17,421 nt of DNA from Azolla caroliniana (GCA_043228905.1 JBHGNT010000698.1:1-17421), one strand, 5' to 3'. Shown: positions 1 to 10,190, numbered from the stretch's first letter. Notes: generated from the sequence alone by a model not told the origin. Numbers and translations are program-made.

Positions 1-1202
1 ATGCCGGCTCGCTGCCAGCTTCTCCTTGTTTAAGCCCAGCTTCAGCTCCACCTGGTCGAGGATGGCCGGGCCTCCCGGGTGTGCCACCCAGAACACGTCA
101 TTGTAGCTTGGGAGGGCATCCCCTGGTGATGATGATGAAACCCTACCAAACACTTGGGCGAAGGCGCTTTCAAGGACCCTGCCTATGTTCTTGGAGATGA
201 TGGTGGGCACGTCCTTGAGGAGGTGGAACATGAGGCCCACCTCGCGCAGGTGGCCATCAATGGCACCGTCACTATCCGGCATGATCTCCGACCCTGTCCA
301 GTGCAACTCGAACCAGGGTGTTTCCACCTCTGCCACCGGGTCTGCACCCACGATGACGGCAGACGCACCGTCACTGAACAGGGCTTGGCCCACCAGGTTG
401 TCCAGATGCGCGTCACTGGGACCTCGGAATGTGATGGCAGTGATCTCGCTGCATACAACCAGGACACGGGCGCCCTTGTTGTTCTCAGCCAGGTCTTTGG
501 CTATGCGGAGCACGGTGCCGCCGCCATAGCATCCGGTCTGGTAGAGCATAAGGCGCTTGACGGAGCTACGGAGGCCAAGAAGCTTAGTGAGCGCCCAATC
601 GGCACCAGGCATGTCCACCCCTGCAGTGGTGCAGAAGACGAGATGGGTGATCTTGGATTTGGGCTGCCCCCACTCCTTGATGGCCCTGGCCGCCGCCTCC
701 TTGGCGAGCTTGGGCACCTCGACCACCACGATGTCCTGGCGCACGTCCAACGACTTCTCCCAGTGGCCGCAGATGCTGGGGTTGGCACGAAGGATCTCCT
801 CGTTCAGGTGGAGGTGCCGCTTCGTGATGCATGACTTCTCGCCTGCAGAAAGTATGTAATATAAATGGCACAAACTCGGAAGTTACGGTTGTTCCTCCTC
901 CATTTAAATGGGATACATACTAAGTAAGAGGTGACATGATGGGTTGGGGGTGGGGTGGTTCTTATACATACATACTACAGTTACTTACACATGCGCTTGA
1001 ACTTGTGCTTGAGATCTGTCTGGTGGTTGCTTTTGGTGATGTCGAAGTAGAAATCGGGGTAATCCTTTTGGAGGAAGACATTGGGTGGGATGGCCGTACC
1101 GATGGCGAGCACGGTGGCAGGGCCATCCGAACGCTCCACGATCCGCCTAGTATGAGCTCCAAAGGGAGAGGTGTGGTTGTCCAGATTGTAATTGGAAGCC
1201 AT
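1..1202 (-). CDS. CHS: Chalcone synthase-family type III polyketide synthase, copy 1 (3'-partial; exon 1 1202-989, exon 2 842-<1)
   Basis: Manual translation: exon 1 [37 protein letters not shown]...KFKRM, Cys codon split T|GC by a GT..AG intron (the conserved CHS intron position). Exon 2 reads [34 protein letters not shown] (catalytic Cys), [24 protein letters not shown] (catalytic His). The frame stays open to the window edge. Confidence 0.95.
843..988 (-). other. Intron of CHS copy 1 (146 bp)
   Basis: GTAAGT donor at 988, TTCTGCAG acceptor ending at 843, phase restores Cys. Same length as the copy 2 intron. Confidence 0.93.
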
Positions 1203-1238
1203 TGTTAGTAATAATTATGTGAGATGCCTTGTGTTTGA

Positions 1239-1243
<5 letters not shown>

Positions 1244-1268
<25 letters not shown>
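1244..1268. repeat. (GT)n microsatellite in the 5' leader of CHS copy 1
   Basis: About 12 GT units; copy 2 has a (GCGT/GT) variant at about 16844-16868. Confidence 0.85.
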
Positions 1269-1271
<3 letters not shown>

Positions 1272-1365
1272 GCTATGGCTGTGATGTGATTTTGGTAGCA
1301 GTAGATGCCTTTGTGTGTGTTGTGTGCTCTATCTATCGTTTGTTTTTGAAGAGCAGATTTTGGGT

Positions 1366-1373
1366 TATTTATA
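1366..1373 (-). promoter_or_regulatory. TATA box of CHS copy 1
   Basis: TATAAATA on the minus strand about 165 nt upstream of the ATG, conserved in copy 2. Confidence 0.65.
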
Positions 1374-2085
1374 GTAGTTCATCTACAGCCTTCTACTTAT
1401 GAGGTCTTAGTCGCCAATTTTCTAAGTGTTGCAATGTTTTAAGTTTCAATACTCCACATTCCGATTAAATGCATAATCCTTTTTTCCCTTCGTCTTTTCC
1501 CTTCGTCTTTGACATCAATTTCCATCACCATCTTGCACCATCCTTGTTTTAATTGTCGTTTGTGTACTTAAAGTTAAAGTTGTTGGGCCATGGACATGAG
1601 AAACTCGACCCATCTCAAACTAAAGCAACCTAATATTTCAATGGTTGGGCAGGGATCCATTCCTTGGAGTTTTTTTTTAACTAACACTTACGAGTACAAG
1701 AGAAAGGATTTGCGGAGTGTACTTTGCTTGACTACACAAATTTACCATGATCGAAAGAGTGTTGAAAAATCACCACTATACAAAAACATGGCAAGCTCTT
1801 AAATGTGTTCAACAATGTCTCACATATCAAAGCTTCCAATCCAAGAATTTGTTACAACCTATTGGATGGATCAATACTTCTCTAATTAGTTGGACGGATT
1901 GGGGGGAGGGGGGGGGGGGTTGAATAGAAATGTTGCTATGTTACACTTCAACAACAACAATGTGGGCGGATTTTTTAACTAAGTCGGTGTCACATCAAAA
2001 GCATTGGAACTGTTGCAATAAAATTAGCCTCTATCTACAAAAGGTAGAGAACTAAAATGTTTTACATTAAGGAGGGGGGTGCTAG

Positions 2086-2213
2086 TGTTACGGGCATGAC
2101 CATTTAATATCCCGTGGTGAGAATTTACCACAGTATTCTATACACTTATCCACTTGTATAGAATACTATGGTAAATTCTCACCACGGGATATTAAATGGT
2201 CATGCCCGTAACA
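2086..2213. mobile_element. 128-bp fold-back MITE with TGTTA...TAACA ends and 5-bp TSD GCTAG
   Basis: 59-bp arms (2086-2144 and 2155-2213) are complementary at 58/59 positions around a 10-nt loop. GCTAG is directly repeated at 2081-2085 and 2214-2218. Confidence 0.88.
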
Positions 2214-2375
2214 GCTAGAATAATTAATAATATATAAACATTTTAGTTTGTACCTATTATAGCCTTTTATTGTTACGAAATAAATGTACCCCTCCATATC
2301 ACTTTAGATGAAGAGGTGCACCTTTTTGTAACCTCTCAGATACATATCTTTATACAATATAATATAAAACACATA

Positions 2376-2378
<3 letters not shown>

Positions 2379-2427
<49 letters not shown>
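2379..2427. repeat. (TC)n microsatellite
   Basis: About 24 perfect TC units. Confidence 0.95.
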
Positions 2428-2429
<2 letters not shown>

Positions 2430-2430
<1 letters not shown>

Positions 2431-3595
2431 GTGAAAACACACAATTATATTGATAAATGTGTATAAAAAACACTACTTACAATGGGTGTGACAATGGAGT
2501 ATGGTCACCCACTAACTACACTACATGGGTAGTGGAACATGTTGAATTGCCAATAGGCAAGACGAACACTCCACCAAGGAAAGAATTTCCACTTTATCCA
2601 ATAAAGAAAATTGTCACATTAGTACTCCCTTCAACTTTCGTAGATATGCTTTCACCCCATGTCTACCATCGAATACAAAAGTGTTGCGCATACTCCAATT
2701 ATGACGCAATCCCCAATATCTTAGAAATAGAAAAACAATATCCAATTTGAGAAATGTAATTCCAAATATGACAAGCAATTAGACATTGTATGAATCGATG
2801 AGTACTATCTTCCATTTGAACAGTGCAAAAGAAACAATTGCCCCTTGTTAGTCCACGACGCTTTAGAGCTAATCCCAAAGGCAATCCTCCAATCAAAACT
2901 CTCCAAATGAAGACCTTTGCTACAAGTGGCAATTTAGAATGCCAACTACGTTGTAAGATCTGCCACCACCCATGATCGGATTTGTGTATTCCCCATTCTT
3001 CTTCAGCCTTAGATGATAACCATCCAAGAGACTCGACAAAGCAATGGTACAAAATATTAGTAGTCACTTGTAACAATGACGTTTGACCCATTAAACACCA
3101 ATCAATCCACGGTTGTTCTCCTGTTTGTAGAGGTAAGGGACCTTGCATCAATGGAATATTTTGTAGTTGTTGCCAAATAAATCCAAAATTAGGTGGAATG
3201 CATAATAATTGTCGCACTTCAACAAACTCCAAAATTCTTTGAGATGGAGCCTCAACTACATCTCCTAGCTCTTTGACCCCCAAACGAAACAAACGATTAA
3301 ATTGAGAGCGCAATCTCTCCTTTCCTAGCCAACATAATAACCGAAAAGACACAATCAACTCCTTTTGCAAAGAATTACAAAGCTCTCTACTAGGTGATGG
3401 TTTCCATACAAATAACAAGAGTGCTTCTTTCCATGAGGTAACCAAGTGTTGAACACATATAGAGCTCGGAATCCTAAGTGAAATACATCCGTTCAATAAT
3501 TGCCACTATGAAGCCTTAGACGTTTTCCTCCCATGTGTTAATCCCTTGTTCTCAATGAAATATTGAACAATAGATATCCATAATTGTGAGTTTGA
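2430..3595 (-). mobile_element. 5'-truncated, degenerate L1-type LINE fragment (ORF2 C-terminus with zf-RVT/CCHC)
   Basis: ORF 2699-3496 has KVFIWRVLIGGLPLGLALKRRG...CFFC...EDSTHRFIQC...IW, the plant L1 zinc-binding motif. A shifted frame continues LRYWGLRHNWSMRNTFVFD. No RT core is present. Boundaries approximate. Confidence 0.8.
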
Positions 3596-3779
3596 ATCTC
3601 TCTCTCTCTCTTCTCCTTTTCTTCTCTCTCTTTAATTTCTCACATCTAGAACCTGAGACTTGGGCAGTGGAGTGCAGAGTACTGTCATATAATGGTCATA
3701 TTCACATTGTCCATTTGCAGAGACCACATTTCAAATAATCGGAAACGACATTTGTCCTAGCTTGTGTTAGCATATAACC

Positions 3780-4929
3780 AAACTTGTATTGTTTGTTGTT
3801 TCGTGTTTCAGTTTCTTAATTTGAAATATACAATGTATATTGTATGTACAATAATGAGCCACTTGAATGTGTGGAAAGCTGCAAATATGGCCTTGAAGTT
3901 CCTTCAAATCATAGATGGAATGAATGTGATACACGTCGCTTAGAGGAGGAAAAGTGAGCATATTATGCATTTGAGAACACATGTGATCGTGGAGATATTA
4001 AGTGTTGGGTCCTTAAGAAATACTTTTTCGACACTTTGGTAACACCGGTGCTTCTCTATGGGGTAGAAGTATGGAGTGGTAGCATCCTAAATCTACTTGG
4101 AAAGAGTTTGAAAATGTCCAAAAACATTTTCTTACAAAGTTTCTACAAGTTAAGAAACAAACGGCATACATCCTCCTCCTTGAGACAGGATCACTTCCCA
4201 TTGAGATCTTAGCCATGGAAAGGGTTGTTGAATACATGCTTAAGGTTCAAAAAATTCCCTCACATCGACTTCCAAGAATGGCATGGGAAGCATGCAAAAA
4301 GATCCAAAAGACGCATAAAAGCAAAATTTTGTGTTCTAGTTGGATGCAAGATATGAAAAAGTGGTTTGGTAAATGGGATGCAACATATTTGCTTCACGAT
4401 GTATCACTAGATTCCTCTGTAAATGAGGTCTTTTTGCAACGCCAATGTATCATGACATGGGAAAAATGTGGCGGCTCATGGTTCATACATTATACTACAC
4501 ATGTTGCACCTAACGACAAAACCATATTCTTCACGGAACGGGAAAACCGTACACATCGATACATGTTAGAGCCTAGTCCATTGGCTTCTATTCGAACCAT
4601 TGCTTCCATGCGACCTAGCTCACATGCATTGCTATGTGAGACGGGGCATTGGCGCACAAGTGATGAGAGTATTTGACTAGCACACTTTGCCCTAAACAAG
4701 TTCAAGAGTTTTGAGTATCACACTTTGATACTATGCTCTGCCTTTAATCATATTCGTCCATGCTTTCCACACATCTTCGACCAAGCCCAATCCATGCACA
4801 AATTCCTCTCACAACCAGAATGTGCACTCTCGATTGCAACATTGATTGGTAAAGTTCTTGAACATCGAGAGTTGCTACTCACTTTCACACGTATCACGTG
4901 AAATGTAATCTTTTTAGTCTCATAGGTCA
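3780..4929 (+). mobile_element. Degenerate non-LTR retrotransposon fragment (RTE/RTEX-like, post-RT C-terminus), interrupted at its 3' end
   Basis: Frame reads YYAFENTC...FDTLVTPVLLYGVEVW...ENVQKHFL...LLETGSLPI...HRLPRMAW...LLCETGHW, followed by a decayed Cys/His finger. Stops are present and the 5' boundary is approximate. Confidence 0.75.
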
Positions 4930-4965
4930 AACACATTCGCGTTCACAAGTGGAAGGATTGCGCAT
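4930..4965 (+). repeat. Left terminal inverted repeat
   Basis: AACACATTCGCGTTCACAAGTGGAAGGATTGCGCAT. Confidence 0.92.
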
Positions 4966-5309
4966 TCCACTTGTAGAATCTTCTTAAAACGAAGCAAATA
5001 CACCCTCTCTACAAAAATTGGATGCACTAGTATCACATGTTCCTCAACTTGATGAGAATTTGCAAATATAAAAATACATGATAGATCTACGAGTGGAGAT
5101 CATTAGAAATCATGCAAGTTTAGACATGTTGATAAGTTAATGTAGGCATAATAAAGTTCAACTATGGCTCAATATGGCACTACTGTGCGACAAGGGAAAC
5201 ACTAACTTAAAGACTTATATTAATTAGGTAAGTTATACAAAAATATGAGGTGTACTTGTATCCATACTAATAAAATGAGATATAATTTATACTTTGACCC
5301 ATACGTGCA

Positions 5310-5584
5310 TGTATGTAATTGTGGAAAATGTAGGATAGTGCACATTAGGATAAGTGATTGGAATAACTAACTTATTAAAGTATTCAATACTTGTATTTAA
5401 AGTTGATCTAATCTATTCCTCAGTTTGTTCATATGAGATCAAACCATATGTGTATATAATTGTGCACAATGTAAGGCAGTGAACTTTAGGATAATGTCGT
5501 GGAAATAACAAACCTATTAGGCTTTTATACCTGTATTTAAAATTGGTCTACTCTATTGCTTAGGTGATTCACACAAGTTCAAAC
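5310..5584. repeat. Two diverged tandem copies of an about 141-bp unit
   Basis: TGTATGTAATTGTG...TAGGATAA...TGTATTTAAA...TCAAAC starts at 5310 and recurs from 5451 with many substitutions. Confidence 0.6.
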
Positions 5585-5977
5585 TCCGAACGATAACGCA
5601 ACTGGAACCATTATCAACACACTACACAATCTAAGCAGCAATGGAATAGAAACATAATAGTTTTAACAATAGAAGACAAAGATCCATAATAACAACATGG
5701 ACAGTCATGGCAACAATTATAGGGCCATGTTCTGTTAAGGTTAGCTTGGACCAAAATCAGCCTCCATTTAAACTAGTTCATGTTTCTCCATAAGTTTGGT
5801 AGTCAGGTATGCACGCGGTGAAACCAATGTCATAAATCTACTAATCAAGTATATAAAAATAAAATTGAAACATATAGAAGATTATAAAGAATAGAATCCA
5901 CTAGGTAAAACCCAATATTTGTATTAATAATGTGAAATCTTAACAAATCGTCAGTGTCATATTCTTCATAGAGTCTA

Positions 5978-8900
5978 TTACATAGCAATCAATTCATCAA
6001 CGTCATTTTCTTCATCATCTTGTGTAGAACTGTCTTCGGCTATACGTGCATTGATTTCCCCTGTTAGCCGAGCCAACGAAATATCTTCTATAAGCTCATC
6101 ATCAAGCTCTATTAGCTCCCCCGGTTCGCCGGCTAACGGAGGAATAGGCTCTCGCGAAGCAGGTTGAAACCTTTCTGTATTGGCGAGGTTCTTTGCACCG
6201 ACCTCCTCATCCTGGTCTGGGCACTCCCACAAAGCCTTAATCCGCATATTAATAAATATAACTTGGTCCTCGTCCTTCTCCAATGCAACTGTATTTCTAA
6301 ACAGCTTCAATGCACATGCTGACGTAGTTCCTGTGATGTAAGTAACAAGAAGATTTAGTTGTCAAACGAAAAAAAAGTGATTGGTTATCTCAAGATCGTT
6401 ACCCTAGTTCGAGGAATACCTGTGCCAGAAAAGAGATCTAATATCCAGTCTCCTTCGACAGAAAACATCTCGATCAAGCGCATCATAAGTCGTTGAGGTT
6501 TTTGGTATGGGTTGACAAGTCCCCATTCTGTCGTGGTGACATGTCGCAATTTCCGAGTCACTGCTGGATATACGAACAGATTTGAACCTCCCACTTCATT
6601 AGAATGCTCTTTGATTCTCTGTTTCTTAATTTCATCGAAGTAGCCAACCGTTATGTATTCAATGGCATTAACGAACCGAAAAGTTGGCCCTCTATTTACA
6701 TTGGTCTTGATCCTATAAAAAATAATACATCCAGTTAAGAATAGATTCAACAACCTTAAGAAATGCAATATAGTGAAAGACACCTATAAATAATCCTTAC
6801 CATGCAAGGTTCTCGATGCCATGGCAACGAGATCTCAAAGCTTGAGCTACCGAGTACCCTTGGTCCATACTATGAAAGACAACTATTCGCCACAAGGATG
6901 CGGTCGTTAGCTCAGCGAAATCCTTGACCATCTTCTCCAATTGTTTAAACCTAAACGGTTCATCGTCGTATGATGACCCCGCCATTCGAAATCCGTAAGG
7001 AATATCCGCAATCATTAGCGTATATTCCTTCTTTGGCACCTTCTGGATCAAGTCGATGACATCACCGCAAACCACATTGTAGTAAAGATCTCTTGTAATA
7101 TCTTTTTTGTGGCTAAATTTTTTAAAGGAGCCATCTTCCTCCATTTCGTACGCCTTGACTAAGCGACGATCCTTTTCTTTTCTGGCTCGTTCGAGATGTG
7201 CAAGGAAGGATGTAGGGAAATCGTGTATATCCTTAACTTCTCCTTGTTTCTTGCCTCGACACGGTTTCTAATAGAAGCAATAGGACATCAGGTATTATTA
7301 TACAAGATCTACATATGATGAAAGGGTAATGAAAAAACATGAATACTAACCCAATCCTTGAATGCAATAAAATACTCTGATAACGCCTTATACGAAGACG
7401 TTAGAGGATAATCCTCGGTCACTTGTTCCCAAGTTATACATCCAAGTTGTTTCATCATAACTTCTTGGATCTTCATGTACACCTTATGACTGTAAAATTA
7501 GAAATCAAGATTAGAACTTTGAATTACACTAGATAGACTACAATTTCAGTATTTGAGGGACTTACTTATTGAACTCAGTGACCATTTCTTCAAGGCTTCA
7601 ATCTTTCGCCACAACCCTTGACAAAACCGACACAAGAAGCTGTTCGTCCTTAATACCTTGCATCGCTCTCCATAGAGACAGCTTCATGTCATCTGCCGCT
7701 TCTTCAATTGTCAAGTCAATTTTCTTGGCGGCTTGTGACTTTAACTCTAGTTGAGGGTCAACCCTACATTTCTTTTGTCGTTGACCCTTTACCTCCTTAT
7801 TCTCCCACATTGAGAAGATTTGATCTTGTAGGTCCCATACTTCTCCATCTCTAAACGCCAATTGAAACCAAGACTCATACTTTCGAAGAACATCGGACCT
7901 AACATTATCATCTACCACAATGCCGACTTCATGCAGACATTGACGTCGAAGGCCTGGATGTAACTTCACACCAAACTTTTGTTTCACATCTAAATACTCG
8001 TGGTGGAAGAACCGTATACGCTCAATGGACGACATTTTCTGCCTATAGTCATTATCATTATTATGGTCCCATGCCAACAGCTTAGCCTCTTCGGTTGTGA
8101 GGCCAACATAAATTTTGCACTCGGCATACTTGAAGAAGAAAGTGGTTGGATGTTCTCTCACAAGTTGCCGACGTGCCTCTGCTGAATGCGATCCACCAAT
8201 GACAAAATAATTATATTGATCATGTTTTCTAATATCAAAATCTTCAATGGTTTCACATTCTTCAGGATCTACCATAACAATAAAAGGCACCACAGTGGCA
8301 TGAGGATTAATTTTCATTTTTTTCTTGAGATTTTGAACATGCATGCAGTGAGGCTCTCTAATCTCAAGTGGTCTTCGACCTGTTTTTTCATCAATAGGGG
8401 GCCGATGGATGTGTGTTATAGGCAAATTAAATACTTGCCCTTTCTTGACCAGCTTCCGTTGCATTAACTCTCTCCTTATTTTATTCTGCTCGGATGACAA
8501 AACACCCGAGGCCAACTCAGCTCCTGGCGTCCCCTTATTATCCTCCTCTTCGTTTTCACTTGTTGAATCCGTATCCGACATTTTCGTTGTCTTCTTCTTT
8601 GCTGGTCTTGACTGGACTTTGGAAACCTTTTTTGTTGGCTTCAATGGGGAGGGCACTTCATCTCTTAGAGTTACATGGTCTTGTATAGAAGGCCTCAAGG
8701 TAACAATAAGGTTTTGTGAGCTATCAAGTGCTTTTTTGAACACTTCTGGCCCACAAGATTCTTTTACTAAAAGGTCTTCTGAAAGGAACACTTTACGTAC
8801 CCCCTTGGAGCACTCTATCATTACCAGTATGTTGGCCGAATCTGCATCTTCGTAGTCAAATCGTAGAATACGGCCATACATAAATGGGGTTTCCTTTCCA

Positions 8901-10190
8901 AGTTGCCCCTCACCCTTCTTCTTTGCTGTATACAATACGACTTTTTTCTTTGAGTCGACATATTGCATACACCATTCCTTGTCCATTAGATCTCGGTCAG
9001 GAAGGTCTTCACCTCTAGTAGCGGCGACAAGTTTCTTTTGGCTAACATCACTATGTGGCTGAGATTTTGTCTCTTCGTTAAAGAGAAGCTTTTATCCTCT
9101 CTTCATGGTCTCAGGAGCTACCTTGGTCTGGGCTTCGATTGGAGAACCTTGTATGCGAAGCTTTATTTTCTTCACCGGTCGGTCCGACAGGTTTTCAAAC
9201 GACCTATTTAAGAAAGTATATGCAAAAACATAAGTTAGGTAGTCACGTAGATTAAGGTTGTATATTAACATGAAGAACAGTTCCCAGGAGCATTCCTATA
9301 TTCAAAAATCTATTATAGGTAGGGCTATTCAACCTAGAAAATATATATCGTAATAAGTAAAAAGGGTTATATATTCTTTTAAATAGTAGGTATGACTTAT
9401 ATAGATTCCAAACCTATATTGACGAGAATTTGCTATCGTAAAGGCAATTTGTGGATCATTTTCTACTATTTTAAGCTAAAGTAGGTCATAAAACACCTAT
9501 AATTAGAGCATGTTTTTTTTTAAAAGTAAGGAAAGCCAACATAAAAAGATTGATTTTGCCAGACAATTTGATAACTTTTCCATCCCAAAATTATTTGTTA
9601 CCCCAAAAATACAATTTTTCTCTCTCAAAGCCTTCTTATATACAGGAACTCGATACGGCGTATCGAGTTCGTATTTAAAACCTAAACTTTAAACAGGAAC
9701 TCGATACGGCGTATCGAGTTCCTGTTTAAAATTCAAATTTTAAATAGGAACTCGATACGCCGTAACGAGTTCGTGTTTAAAGTGTAGGTTTTAAACACGA
9801 ACTCGATACGGCGTATCGAGTTCCTATTTGAAACCTACACTTTAAACAGGAACTCGATACGCCGTATCGAGTTCCTGTCTAAAACCTACACTTTAAACAT
9901 GATCTCGATACGGCGTATCGAGTTCCTGTTTAAAACCTACACTTTAAACAGGAACTCGATACGCCGGTTTTAAACAGGAACTCGATACGGCGTATCGAGT
10001 TCCTGTATAAAAAGCAAAATTAAATTATGAACTCGATACGCCGTATCGAGTTCATGTATAAATATTTGTATTGTATACATGAACTCGATACGGCGTATCG
10101 AGTTCTTGAGAAACGAAACATATTTACAAAAATGTCCACAGTGTCAGAGGCCTACCTGGAGTCCTCACGCTCGATTCTCTTTGAAGACAT
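5978..10190 (-). pseudogene. Six-exon ParB/Srx-like domain + beta-class N6-adenine/N4-cytosine DNA methyltransferase fusion (about 974 codons, two in-frame stops)
   Basis: Exons 10190-10156, 9203-7566, 7489-7351, 7267-6801, 6712-6420, 6330-5978. All five introns are GT..AG with matching phases, total 2925 nt. The spliced product has FVIGGSHSAEARRQL...EAKLLAWDHN (ParB-like), then GDVIDL, IADIPYG (motif IV), LAWIK, NPYQKPQRLMMRLIEMFSVEGDWILDLFSGTGTT (motifs X-I) and ALEKD. Stops: TAA 9092-9094, TGA 7598-7600. Confidence 0.85.
9646..10105. repeat. Array of 25-bp palindromes GAACTCGATACG(G/C)CGTATCGAGTTC at 51-bp period, inside intron 1 of the methyltransferase gene
   Basis: Full cores start at 9646, 9697, 9748, 9799, 9850, 9901, 9978, 10029 and 10081, with a half core at 9952. 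AT-rich linkers often extend the palindrome (TTTAAACAG...CTGTTTAAA). Confidence 0.95.

Larger units (their letters stand above)
1..1791 (+). repeat. Duplicated block (CHS gene plus about 590 bp upstream), direct repeat of 15652-17412
   Basis: Exons, intron and upstream DNA align closely. Similarity ends after ...CCACTATACAAAAACATGG in both copies. Confidence 0.92.

Noticed and set aside
154-1208. Plus-strand and alternative-frame ORFs over CHS copy 1 (e.g. 154-834, 226 aa)
   Set aside because: Antisense or shifted-frame shadows of a GC-rich coding sequence with no independent motifs.
1590-1802. 70-aa plus-strand ORF
   Set aside because: Lies in the CHS upstream region and the paralogous sequence in copy 2 has indels and substitutions that do not preserve the ORF.
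1901-1919. G-run as a functional G-quadruplex
   Set aside because: A simple homopolymer tract with no supporting context.
9646-10105. CRISPR array
   Set aside because: The repeat-spacer look is superficial: linkers are mostly related to each other, there are no cas genes, and the array lies in a spliceosomal intron of a eukaryotic element.
5978-10190. Bacterial contamination or prophage as the source of the ParB-MTase
   Set aside because: Five phase-consistent GT..AG introns, a TATA box and embedding among plant LINEs and CHS genes indicate a eukaryotic nuclear gene.
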